64,000 nt of DNA from an uncultured Actinomycetota bacterium (GCA_963819885.1 CAWFXV010000003.1:4372-68371); one strand, 5' to 3'. Positions 36,900 through 48,247 are shown, numbered from the stretch's first letter. Translations and numbers: made by a program. The notes: generated from the letters alone by a model not told the origin.

Positions 36900-37475
36900 C
36901 TACGGGCGGTAGGTCGCGATCAGGACGCCGGTCGTCGTCGTCACGCTGTCGACGAGGTGAAGGGTGCTGAAGGCACCGTCGGGAAAGAGCCGGCGACCCG
37001 AACCCAGGATGAGGGGGTGGATCATCAGCAGGTACTCGTCGATGAGCTGCCGGCGGATCAGCGTCTGAGCGAGCTCTCCGCTGCCCATCACGCCGATATC
37101 CGGGCCCGGCTGCTTCTTGAGCTCCTTGACGGTCTCGGCGGCATCGCCTTTGAGCAGGATGGAGTTGCTCCAGGGAAGCGGCTCGGTGAGCGTCCTCGAG
37201 ACGACGTACTTCTCCGCGTTGTTGAGGACGTCGGTGTACGGATTGTCCTTCTGGTCGGGCCAGAAGCCGTAGAAGTCCGCATAGGTTCGCCGGCCGAAGA
37301 GCAGCGATCCATCCCGGGCCATTCCCTCCGCCATCGCCTTCCCCATGACCTCGTCGTTGTCGGGAATCGCCCAACCGCCGTGCGCAAACCCACCCCGGGT
37401 GTCCTCGTCGGGCCGGCCGGGAGCTTGCATGACGCCATCTAGGGTCAGGTGCTCAATGACCGCAAGCTTTCTCAT
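36900..37475 (-). CDS. dihydrofolate reductase-like (RibD C-terminal domain) family protein
   Basis: [20 protein letters not shown]...[11 protein letters not shown]...[47 protein letters not shown]. Confidence 0.85.
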   Translation of the reverse strand: MRKLAVIEHLTLDGVMQAPGRPDEDTRGGFAHGGWAIPDNDEVMGKAMAEGMARDGSLLFGRRTYADFYGFWPDQKDNPYTDVLNNAEKYVVSRTLTEPLPWSNSILLKGDAAETVKELKKQPGPDIGVMGSGELAQTLIRRQLIDEYLLMIHPLILGSGRRLFPDGAFSTLHLVDSVTTTTGVLIATYRP

Positions 37476-37637
37476 CCATCGCTCCTTTCGTCAGACGCGC
37501 CGGGCGCTGCGCCGGCGTCTCCTCTGCTCTGCAGGTTCTCCCACATCGGTGAACTGCTCGATACATCGTCACGGATCTGATGTCAGCGGGTCTTGAACGA
37601 TTGCTCACCGGTGCGGGTCCGCAAGGTGCGGCGACGG

Positions 37638-38381
37638 TCACCCAAGGTTCCGGTCGGCATAGACCTTCATCGCGTCTCGAACGAGCGCTGCGGTGCCCTC
37701 ACCGTGCTGGTCGTAGTTCGCCATGAAGCGCGCGTCGGTGACGTACATCTCGCCGAGGCCGACGAGGTATTCCCGGGTCGGCGCCGATGTGATCGACAGC
37801 CAGTCGACCTGACGTGCGGTGATGGCTTGTACCTGTTCGCTTTCGGGTGCCAGCCCAGCGCGCTGCGCTCGGCCGTAGTCCGCAGCGATCTCGCGCTGCT
37901 GGCGCTGGAAGGCTGCCCTGTCTTCGGCGGACAACGATCGCCACCAGCGGTCACCTGCCTCGTAGGCCTCCCTTCCCCACCGCTCGGTGACTTCCTGCTC
38001 GTACTGGGTGTGATCGAAGCCGTCGAACGCCTCGGCTGGCATCAGTTGCTCACCTCTCTCGATCTTGTGCAAGGTTCCCTTTATCGATTGGATCTGCCGC
38101 CCGATGCGTTCGCGCTCGGCCTCCAGCAGGTCCAAGTGGGTGCGCAGGGCAGCTACGGTGTCCCGCCCACCCTCGAGGACCTGTGCGATTGCCGGCAGGC
38201 CGAGGCCCAGCTCCCGCAGCAGCAGGATCTGCTGCAACCGCACCAGAGAATTCTGGTCGTAATAGCGGTAACCGTTTCCACCGGTCCGGCTGGGCTCGAG
38301 CAATCCCAGCTGACCGTAGTGGCGCAGGGTGCGGCTCGTCGTGCCGGCCGCCCGCGCGATCTCCTGAATCGACCACTCCAC
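37638..38381 (-). CDS. MerR-family transcriptional regulator with C-terminal TipAS-type ligand-recognition domain
   Basis: 247 aa, GTG start. N-terminal winged HTH IQEIARAAGTTSRTLRHYGQLGLL..GYRYY, a coiled-coil dimerisation helix, then a TipAS-like domain (FDHTQYEQEVTERWG...LGEMYVTDARF...). The protein contains no cysteine. Confidence 0.88.
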   Translation of the reverse strand: MEWSIQEIARAAGTTSRTLRHYGQLGLLEPSRTGGNGYRYYDQNSLVRLQQILLLRELGLGLPAIAQVLEGGRDTVAALRTHLDLLEAERERIGRQIQSIKGTLHKIERGEQLMPAEAFDGFDHTQYEQEVTERWGREAYEAGDRWWRSLSAEDRAAFQRQQREIAADYGRAQRAGLAPESEQVQAITARQVDWLSITSAPTREYLVGLGEMYVTDARFMANYDQHGEGTAALVRDAMKVYADRNLG

Positions 38382-38391
38382 CGATATCGCC

Positions 38392-38422
38392 TTGACCTTG
38401 ACGCAACGTCAAGATTTAGCCT
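38392..38422 (+). promoter_or_regulatory. MerR-type promoter: -35 TTGACC, 19-bp spacer containing a perfect dyad, -10 TAGCCT
   Basis: TTGACC (38392..38397), 19-nt spacer (38398..38416), TAGCCT (38417..38422). The dyad CTTGACG-CAA-CGTCAAG spans 38397..38413. The ATG of the L11 paralog lies 9 nt after the -10 box, which implies a leaderless or near-leaderless mRNA. Confidence 0.6.
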
Positions 38423-38431
38423 ACCAGAATC

Positions 38432-38860
38432 ATGTCGCCCACCCAGCGGGTTGCCGCCGTCATCACCATCCAGCTCGAGGCCGGGCAGGCCAACATGGCC
38501 AAGGTGGGCCAGGCCCTCGGCCCGCACGGGATCAACCTGGTCGAGGTCGTCCGCAGCTATGACGCAGCCACCGCGAACCAGCGCGGGGAGATCGTCCCAG
38601 CGGTCGTCACCATTGACGAGGACCGGTCGTTCTCCCTCGTCACCAAGACCCCACCAACCTCTGCGTTGCTCCGCCAGGCAGCCGGACTCACCAAAGGCGC
38701 CCCACGCCCCAACGGTGTCCCGGTCGCCACGTTGACCCGAGCCCAGGTCCGTGAGGTTGCCCGGCGCAAGCTGCCCGATCTGAACACCGATGACCTGGAT
38801 GCGGCTGAGAAGACCGTCGCCGGCACGGCTCGTTCCATGGGAATCGCGATCGCCGGCTGA
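38432..38860 (+). CDS. ribosomal protein L11 (uL11) paralog with a divergent, proline-less N-terminal domain
   Basis: 142 aa, colinear with bacterial L11. C-terminal rRNA-binding domain motifs are retained (DRSFSLVTKTPPTSALL, DLDAAEKTVAGTARSMGIAI). The N-terminal domain reads IQLEAGQANMAKVGQALGPHGINL where canonical L11 has AG.ANP.PP.GPALGQ.G.N. The Lys-rich N-terminus is replaced by MSPTQR. The gene is not in a nusG-rplK-rplA context. Confidence 0.85.
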   Translation: MSPTQRVAAVITIQLEAGQANMAKVGQALGPHGINLVEVVRSYDAATANQRGEIVPAVVTIDEDRSFSLVTKTPPTSALLRQAAGLTKGAPRPNGVPVATLTRAQVREVARRKLPDLNTDDLDAAEKTVAGTARSMGIAIAG

Positions 38861-39121
38861 GCGCGACGTCGACTTCGTTGGGGAATCGCGGCCGTGAGTC
38901 AGGGCCGCCTGCGGAGCGGCGATACCTCGGATCGGTCCTGGTTTGGATGGTTTGTGGAACCGCTCGCCGTGCCAATTCAAACACCCGTGCCCTAGATGCG
39001 GGTCAAGTCAGGCATATTGACACGCAGTGATCACCGCGGTACGAAGCATCGGGGCGACGTCGACCTAGCCGGGGCCGGCGAGTCGCACCGAACAATCGGC
39101 AGGCGCGAGGGGTGGGTGTCG

Positions 39122-41718
39122 ATGACACGCAGGTTCGTGGCAATGCTGGCCGTTCTTCTTGCCCTCCCGATCTCGATGGTGGCGGTTTCGCCCGCCCAGG
39201 CGGATGTGGTGCCGCCGTGGTGCGGCGATCCGGTTCCCGACGCGGCGGAGAACCTCCCCGACGGCACTGACCCCAGCGATCCGCCCGGCAGCTTCCCCCA
39301 CATCCCGTACTACGCCATCCGCTGCACCCTCGAGGACATCGTGGCGTCGAGCCAGGGACGGATGAGCCTGGAGGTCATGGGTCAGTCGGCGCTGGGCCGT
39401 GACCTCTTCCTCGTCACCGTCAACGCGCTGGACACCGTGCAGCAGCGGAAGGACTTCCAGGCCTGGCAGCAGGTGCGGAAGGTCGCGCTGACCGACCCGG
39501 TTCGCGGCCAGGAACTGCTCCAGTCCTACGGGGACAACGTGAAGGTCCCGCTCTACATCCAGGGCGCCATCCACGGCAACGAGTACGAAGGGGTCGAGGC
39601 GATCTTCGAGACGCTGGAGAGACTTGCCACGACGCCGTACGGGGCGGACCCCGAGGTCGACGCCGTCCTGGACCACACGGTCCTGCTGTTCAACGTGATC
39701 CAGAACCCGGACGGCAGGGTCGCCGGTACCCGCGCCAACGGCAACGGCTTCGACCTCAACCGCGACTTCATGACGCAGTCGCAGACCGAGACCCGCGCCT
39801 CGGTGGCGGTAATGCAGAAATGGCTGCCGCCGGAGGTCCTCGACCTGCACGGCTACGTCACGCCCACGCTCATCGAGGCGACGACGAAGCCGCACAACCC
39901 GAGCATCGACTACGACCTGTGGCTCAAGTGGAACCAGCCGCGCATCGACGCGAACGAGGCCGCCCTGGCGGCGCTCAACTTCGACGTCACCCGGCCGATC
40001 AACGACTGGTGCTCCGACGGGAGCCAGCCCCCGCCAGGCGGGATCTGCCCGGACGGTCAGCCGCCGGGCCCAGCCGTCGCCGAGGGCTGGGACGACTGGG
40101 GCCCGTTCTACACGCCGATGTACGCCCAGCACGTAGGGCTGAACGGGTCGACGGTGGAGATGTGCACGCGAGACACCGACTGCGCCGTCCCCGGTACGAC
40201 GCCGGCCGCCCTGGGCCGGCTGGGGTCGCGGATCATCCAGGAGACCGTGGTGTGGTCGAGCCTGCTCTTCGATCTCGAGAACCGGAACGAGCTCCTCTTC
40301 GACGAGGTCGAGCGCTACCGCCGCGGCGTCGCGAACGAGCCGCGGCCGCCGTGCTGTGAGCCTCCGTTCGACGTCGACAACAACTGGATGGCGGAGTTCC
40401 CCACCGCCTACATCGTGCCGATGGGTAGCGGACAGCGCAGCGAGCCCGAGGCGAACCGGCTGGTCGACTGGCTGCTCGCCAACGGCATCCTGGTCGACCA
40501 GCTCAAGCAGGCCTACACCTTCGACGGCGTGACCTACCCGGCCGGCTCGTACGTCGTCCTCATGAACCAGGCCCACCGTGGGCTCGCCGACACGGCCCTC
40601 GGCATCGGCGCCGACATCTCCGAGGACATCAGCATCCTCTACGCACCGCCGGCGGCGTGGAGCCACGGCTACCTCTGGGGTGCCGACGTGGTCCGGGTTC
40701 CGGCATGGGCACGACGTTCGCGCCGCAGACCAACCGGATCCTCAAGGCGAGCCACCTGCTCGGTGGCGTGGAGCCAGGCCCAGCTACCGGCTACGCCCTG
40801 AAGATCGACTCGCCGACGGCGGTGCGCACACTCAACGCGCTCATGGACGAGGGGCTCACGCTCGAGCTGGCGCTGGCGCCGTTCACCTCCGCCGGCGGCG
40901 GCACGCTGCCGACCGGGAGCGCGATCTTCGCCGCCGACGCGGCGACCAAGGTCGGCTCGCCTCGATCGGCCGCGCGAACGACGTGTGGTTCCACCGCGTT
41001 GGTACGTCGGCACCGCCGACCGAGCCGATCGACCGCATGCCGCGCGATCATGGTGCTGACCGGTGCCCTCAACCAGGACGTGTGGTCGCTGCAGAACCTG
41101 GGCTTCACGCCGGAGTTCAAGTCGACGGCCCAGCTGAACTCCGCACCCCAGGACCCGCTGCCGGACTTCGACGTCATCTGGAACACCGGCGGCTTGGCCG
41201 ACTGCGGCACAACCTCGCCACGGCGCGGGCACGCCTGACGTCCTTCTTCGCAGCCGGCGGCGGCTACATCGGTGCTGGAGCGAACGGTGCCAACTTCCTA
41301 ACCGGCGGCGGCCTCGTGACCGGCCTGACGGCCGCCGCTGTGCCCAGCCGGCACCGGACGTCAGCGGCATCGTCTACTGGGACAACGTCGGCGGCGCGGC
41401 AAGCCCGATCACCGGCGCGAGTCCCGGCCCGGGACACGGCGATCATGGACCCGCCCACCTGGTTCACCGCGGTTCCCGGCGACGATGAGCGTCGACGGGC
41501 GGTTCCCGACGGCGATCTCGCCGACGTCCTCGGATCGGGCTTGTGGCCGGATGGACGCCCAGTCCGCCTCGGCGCCCGGCTCGGCTGTCATCGCGCACGG
41601 GACGACGACCGCTGGAACGGCGCGGGCAACGGTCTTCGCGATGAACCCGCTGTATCGAGCCGACCCCGAGCGGGAGTGGTCGATGGCCGGCCTGGCAGCC
41701 TACTGGGCCGACCAGTGA
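39122..41718 (+). pseudogene. secreted M14-family metallocarboxypeptidase; the C-terminal third is riddled with frameshifts
   Basis: Signal peptide MTRRFVAMLAVLLALPISMVAVSPAQA. The M14 catalytic region is intact (IQGAIHGNEYEG, NPDGR, NRDF, LDLHGY). After about 40690 the homology continues only by hopping among the 40657, 40578 and 41485 frames, with at least 6 shifts. It ends ...TVFAMNPLYRADPEREWSMAGLAAYWADQ*. Confidence 0.75.
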
Positions 41719-41894
41719 AATCCTCACCCGGTTTCCTCCCAAAGGAACCCAGCGGCTAGGGCGCCGTGCGCGGGTTTCCGCGGCGCCAGCCCGCGCGAGG
41801 GGACGCAGGAAATAGCGCGCTCGCCGCCGCTGACCTGCAACCTCGCGGCCGAGATGTTCGCCAACCCGCGGAAGTCGCGGCCTAAACGAACATC

Positions 41895-43151
41895 TCATCC
41901 GCGAGGTTCGCGATCGGAGCCCGCCACGGCCTGTGACGGCGGCCGATCACCCAAAACCGTTGCCGATGCTGTGCCAGCGGCCTGCGCAGCCAGTGCCTCG
42001 AGCGGGCCGCGTCCGACGAACGTCCGCCACGGAACAGCGATCGCGAGGGCGACGAGCACATGCCAGAGCAGCGCGTTCGGGATGGTGTCCGGCATCACGG
42101 TCGAGATCAGCACGACATGCAGTGAGTAGAGCGTGAAAGTCATGCTGCCGATAGCCGCGAGCGGCCACAACGCCGTCCGTGCCACGCGCATCAACAGGAG
42201 CATCAGCCCCAGGATGAAGCAGGCAGTGCCGATGGTATGCAACAGGTCGAAAGGGGTGCCGGAATGCGGTGCCGCCACGGCGAGCCACCACCAGTCCGTT
42301 GTCGGCGTGGTGCCGTAGAAGCCTGTGGTCAATGCGATCTCCAGCGGGCGACTGCCGGCGGGATGCTGGCCCGTGCCCACGGCCTCGAGCGCCGAAAGTC
42401 CGTCGCCGACGTTCAGTAGCAACCACGAGATCACCCAAGCGGCGACTGCGAGAACCGCGCCGCCCAGCATCACCGCCCAAGCGGTTCGCCGGTCGGCGAG
42501 CGCTAGGCGGCCTACGGCGAGCCCGGCCAGGATGTACGCGCTCCAGGTCAGCACGGGGTAGTAGCCGGTGACGGCGAGCTCGAGGAATAGACCGACCGGG
42601 TCGGCAAATGACTCGAGGGTGGGGTTGCCGTAGGACGGAAGGGGCATCGACGCACGCAGCCACTGGCTGAGGACAGGCGTCAGCACGGCCGCAGCGGCGG
42701 CCAGCGGCAGCAATATCCGATACCCCAGACCGAGGAACGGAACCGCCACCACGAACAGCAGCGCGTAATAGACGAGAATGATCGCGAGTCCGGACTCGAA
42801 CGCGCCGAGGAAGAAACCGACCAACGCGAGAACGGCCGCTCGGGCCAGCGTGGCGGCCATCGCCGCTGCCAGCGCTCGGCCCTGGCGGGGAGTGGGGCCC
42901 CCGCTGGCCAGGGCAAGCCCGACTCCGGCCAGCACGGCGAACAGTGCTGCGGATCGGCCGCTCGCGATCAGGTAGGCCGGGCTGGTGCCGCCATCTGGCC
43001 CGATCGCGGGGACGATGTGGACCGACATCATCCCGATCAGGGCGATACCCCGGGCCGCGTCGACACCCAGGAGTCGGCGGGCCGAGGTCAGCCGGGTATC
43101 GGGTGCGGTGACGTGCTGCGGGGCGGTCACCAGATCTGGTCGGCGATCCAT
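41895..43151 (-). CDS. DUF1624/DUF418 heparan-alpha-glucosaminide N-acetyltransferase-like membrane protein
   Basis: 418 aa with about 10 TM helices. N-terminal signature RLLGVDAARGIALIGMMSVH. Confidence 0.75.
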   Translation of the reverse strand: MDRRPDLVTAPQHVTAPDTRLTSARRLLGVDAARGIALIGMMSVHIVPAIGPDGGTSPAYLIASGRSAALFAVLAGVGLALASGGPTPRQGRALAAAMAATLARAAVLALVGFFLGAFESGLAIILVYYALLFVVAVPFLGLGYRILLPLAAAAAVLTPVLSQWLRASMPLPSYGNPTLESFADPVGLFLELAVTGYYPVLTWSAYILAGLAVGRLALADRRTAWAVMLGGAVLAVAAWVISWLLLNVGDGLSALEAVGTGQHPAGSRPLEIALTTGFYGTTPTTDWWWLAVAAPHSGTPFDLLHTIGTACFILGLMLLLMRVARTALWPLAAIGSMTFTLYSLHVVLISTVMPDTIPNALLWHVLVALAIAVPWRTFVGRGPLEALAAQAAGTASATVLGDRPPSQAVAGSDREPRG

Positions 43152-43270
43152 CGAACCAGCGGGACCACCACGGGCGCCGTGACGACCAGCAGGCCCACCG
43201 CCGCGAGCAACGCGACGAGTCGGGTCCTGACGTTCGGCCCGCCGGTCTCGTCCCGCATGCCCCGCAGCAT
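43127..43270 (-). CDS. possible small membrane protein (47 aa)
   Basis: MLRGMRDETGGPNVRTRLVALLAAVGLLVVTAPVVVPLVRWIADQIW has one TM helix. It overlaps the downstream gene start by 25 nt. The rest of ORF 43127..43657 is antisense to dnaK and is discounted. Confidence 0.3.
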   Translation of the reverse strand: MLRGMRDETGGPNVRTRLVALLAAVGLLVVTAPVVVPLVRWIADQIW

Positions 43271-43337
43271 GATGAGAGCGTAGATCCGGCCGAGTGGAAT
43301 GCCGCGCTCAGCCCCGGCGTTGACCGCGTAGGCACAA

Positions 43338-43358
43338 GTTGAGTCTGTTGGACTCAAG
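43338..43358. promoter_or_regulatory. HspR operator (HAIR) 1 upstream of dnaK
   Basis: gTTGAGT-ctgttgg-ACTCAAg matches the HAIR consensus CTTGAGT-N7-ACTCAAG. Confidence 0.85.
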
Positions 43359-43364
43359 CCAGGG

Positions 43365-43393
43365 TTGACAGCGGGCGCGCACTGGGAATACTT
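43365..43393 (+). promoter_or_regulatory. dnaK operon promoter (-35 TTGACA, 17-bp spacer, -10 ATACTT)
   Basis: TTGACA at 43365..43370 and ATACTT at 43388..43393. Flanked and overlapped by the two HAIR dyads. RBS GGAGG at 43428. Confidence 0.6.
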
Positions 43394-43411
43394 GAGCGCG
43401 AGCCACTCAAT
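43391..43411. promoter_or_regulatory. HspR operator (HAIR) 2, overlapping the -10 region of dnaK
   Basis: CTTGAGC-gcgagcc-ACTCAAt, 12/14 matches to the HAIR consensus. Confidence 0.8.
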
Positions 43412-43441
43412 AAAAACACCATCTGTCGGAGGTAGCACACA

Positions 43442-45342
<1,901 letters not shown>

Positions 45343-45346
<4 letters not shown>

Positions 45347-45984
45347 CCGACCGCGACCAGCCCACCGGGTTCGACCGGGAGGCCGACGAAACCGTCGGCC
45401 CGGTGGTCCACGATCGCCGTCGAATCGACCCGGAGACCGGACAACTGCGAAAGGGCGCGGCCGCGAGCCGGGCTGCCGGTGACACCGAGCCGACCAGCAG
45501 CAACCCGCTGGAAGCAGCTCGGGCGGAGGCAGCCGAGCGGCTCGATGACCTACGGCGGCTGCAGGCCGAGTACGTCAACTATCGGCGCCGGGTCGAGCGG
45601 GACCGCGACACCGCACGCGAGAACGCCGTCGCATCCGTGCTGCTCGACCTGCTGCCGGTGCTCGACGACATCGGCCGGGCTCGCGATCACGGCGACCTGA
45701 CCGGTGGATTCCGCTCGGTGGCCGATGCGTTCGAGGCGACGGTGACCAAGCTCGGACTCGAGCGGTACGGCGAGCCGGGTGATCCGTTCAACCCGACGGT
45801 GCACGAAGCGCTGATGCACGAGTACTCCGACGAGGTCGAAGTCCCGACGTGCACGCAGATCCTGATGCCCGGCTACCGGTACGGCAGCCGCATCCTGCGC
45901 CCGGCCAGGGTCGCCGTTGCGGAACCCACCGAAGCACTGCCGGTGAACGACGATGCCAGCGTTGTCGACTCCGACGAGGACTGA
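45343..45984 (+). CDS. grpE: nucleotide exchange factor GrpE
   Basis: 213 aa. The GTG start overlaps the dnaK stop. [19 protein letters not shown]...GFRSV...FNPTVHEAL. Confidence 0.93.
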
Positions 45985-46020
45985 GCACTGGTTGTTGGCT
46001 GACGGAGAGGAGGGACGTCG

Positions 46021-47187
46021 ATGAGCACGAAGGACTGGCTTGAAAAGGACTACTACAAGATCCTCGGCGTCCCCAAGGATGCCGACGCGGCGAGGATCAA
46101 GAAGGCGTATCGCAACCTGGCCCGGGATCTGCACCCGGACCACAACTCGGCCGACAAAGCCGCCGAGACGCGGTTCAAGGAAGTGTCCGAGGCGTATTCG
46201 GTGCTGTCCAACGCGGACAAGCGCAAGGAGTATGACGAGGCGCGGTCACTGTTCGGCAGCGGCTTCCGGGTGCCAACCGGGGCGGGCTCCAGTTCAGGAG
46301 GTTCGTTCAACTTCGACCTCGGTGATCTGTTCGGCGGGCAGACGCCTGGTGGGCAGGGCGGCGGGCTTGGCGACGTGTTCGGCGGCCTGTTCGGGCAGCG
46401 ATCCCGCACCACTCAGCCGCGCCGCGGAGCCGACATCGAAAGCGACGTCACGATCGGCTTCACCGAGGCCGTCGACGGCGTCACGGTGCCGCTGCGAATG
46501 ACCAGTGCCTCGGCATGCACGGCGTGCGCCGGGACCGGGGCCCGGGCCGGTACGGTGCCCCGCGTCTGCCCCACGTGCGGCGGCACCGGGCACACCAGCA
46601 GGGAGGCGGGCGGCCGGTTTTCGCTGTCCGAGCCCTGCCGCGAGTGCAAGGGCCGCGGGCTGGTCGTCGACGATCCGTGTCCGGTCTGCAACGGCTCGGG
46701 CAGGGGCACGACCAGTCGGGTGATGCGCGTTCGCATCCCTGGTGGTGTCCGCGACGGTCAGCGCATCCGGCTCAAGGGCAAGGGAGCCCCGGGTGAGCGC
46801 GGTGGACCGGCTGGCGACCTCTACGTCAGCGTGCACGTCTCCCCGCATCCGGTATTCGGCCGGCGGGGTGAACATCTCACCGTCACCGTGCCGGTGACCT
46901 TCCCCGAGGCAACCCTGGGCGCTGAGGTCAAGGTACCGACGCTGAACGGTGCGCCGGTGACGCTGAAGATTCCGGCCGGGACACCGAACGGTCGCACGTT
47001 TCGGGTTCGCGGGCGGGGGGCCGCGCGCCCGGATGGCACCCGGGGTGACCTGCTCGCGACGGTCGAGATCATGGTCCCGCAGCGGGTGGACGGTCAGGCC
47101 AAGGAGGCTCTGGAGACCTTCCGGGACGCGACGTCCGGCGACGACATCCGGGCCGAGCTGATGAAGTCGGCGCAGAAGGGCGGCTGA
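46021..47187 (+). CDS. dnaJ: co-chaperone DnaJ
   Basis: J domain DYYKILGV...HPD, G/F-rich linker, four CxxCxGxG zinc-finger repeats (CTACAGTG, CPTCGGTG, CRECKGRG, CPVCNGSG). Confidence 0.96.
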   Translation: MSTKDWLEKDYYKILGVPKDADAARIKKAYRNLARDLHPDHNSADKAAETRFKEVSEAYSVLSNADKRKEYDEARSLFGSGFRVPTGAGSSSGGSFNFDLGDLFGGQTPGGQGGGLGDVFGGLFGQRSRTTQPRRGADIESDVTIGFTEAVDGVTVPLRMTSASACTACAGTGARAGTVPRVCPTCGGTGHTSREAGGRFSLSEPCRECKGRGLVVDDPCPVCNGSGRGTTSRVMRVRIPGGVRDGQRIRLKGKGAPGERGGPAGDLYVSVHVSPHPVFGRRGEHLTVTVPVTFPEATLGAEVKVPTLNGAPVTLKIPAGTPNGRTFRVRGRGAARPDGTRGDLLATVEIMVPQRVDGQAKEALETFRDATSGDDIRAELMKSAQKGG

Positions 47188-47189
47188 CG

Positions 47190-47591
47190 ATGGACGCCGG
47201 CTCCCGCTTCGTCGTCACCGTGACCGGGGCCGCCCGTCGAGTCCGCGACGACGAGCCGCTCTACGTCATCTCGGTGGCGGCCGAGATGGCCGGCATGCAT
47301 CCGCAGACGCTGCGACAGTACGACCGGCTGGGCCTGGTTTCTCCCGGCCGAGCCGGTGGGGGCAGCCGCAGGTACTCCCGACGCGATATCGAGCTGTTGC
47401 GCGAGGTTCAGCGCCTGTCCCAAGAAGAGGGCGTCAACCTCGCTGGCATCAAGCGCATCCTCGAGCTCGAGGCCGAGCTCGACGCTGTCCGGGAGCGGTT
47501 GGCAGAGCTCAGCGCCGAGTTCTCCTGGCTCGCCACCAAGGTTGCTCCGCACACCCTGGCCCGCTGGCAGCCCCCGCGCATGCTCACCTGA
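47190..47591 (+). CDS. hspR: heat-shock transcriptional repressor HspR (MerR family)
   Basis: LYVISVAAEMAGMHPQTLRQYDRLGLVSPGR..GGSRRYSRRDIELLREVQRL. Last gene of the dnaK operon. Cognate HAIR sites are present. Confidence 0.92.
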   Translation: MDAGSRFVVTVTGAARRVRDDEPLYVISVAAEMAGMHPQTLRQYDRLGLVSPGRAGGGSRRYSRRDIELLREVQRLSQEEGVNLAGIKRILELEAELDAVRERLAELSAEFSWLATKVAPHTLARWQPPRMLT

Positions 47592-47668
47592 TCTCCGATG
47601 GGTTCGGCCACGATAGAGTTCCTGCCCTAGCCCGCTGGCATCCGTCAGGAGCTTTGGAAGACCAGTGA

Positions 47669-48247
47669 CCGACGACTCCTGTCGGTACCGGATTGCCAAC
47701 CGCGGGCAACACCCACGAGGTGGCTCAACAGGTGGCGCCGGATTGCCGGATCGTCTACGTCGACAACGACCCGGTCGTGCTCGCCCATGCCCGGGCATTG
47801 CTCACCGGCGCCAATCCGGGCACGACCGACTACATCGAAGTCGACGTGCGCGAGCCGGGTGAGATCGTCCGGGCCGCCGCGCGAACGCTGGACTTCAATC
47901 GGCCCACAGCGTTGATGCTGCTGGGGATACTCGGGCACATCGAGGACCGGGATGAAGCCGTGTCAATCGTGAACCGGCTGGTCGAAGCGCTTTCTCCGGG
48001 CAGCTACTTGGTAATCGCCGACGGTGCCGACGTCGATGAGGCGGGCAACGAGGCGCAGCGTCGCTACAACGAAGCTGCGCCGGTTCCCTACCACCTGCGC
48101 AGGCCTGACAAGATCGCCGCGTTCTTCGGCGAACTGGATCTGCTGGCGCCCGGCGTCGTACCCGTCTCGCAGTGGCGGCCCGATCCGAACTCTGCTGATG
48201 AGCCGGCTGACACCGCAGTATTCGGCGCGGTGGCGCGCAAGCCCTGA
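47669..48247 (+). pseudogene. SAM-dependent methyltransferase (DUF574 type), 5'-truncated
   Basis: Opens directly after a TGA at 47666. It reads ..VGTGLPTAGNTHEVAQQVAPDCRIVYVDNDPVVLAHARALL..., which is the Rossmann motif I onward. By my recollection of the family, the ~90 aa normally preceding GTGLPT are absent, and there is no ATG/GTG start before the motif. Confidence 0.6.
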
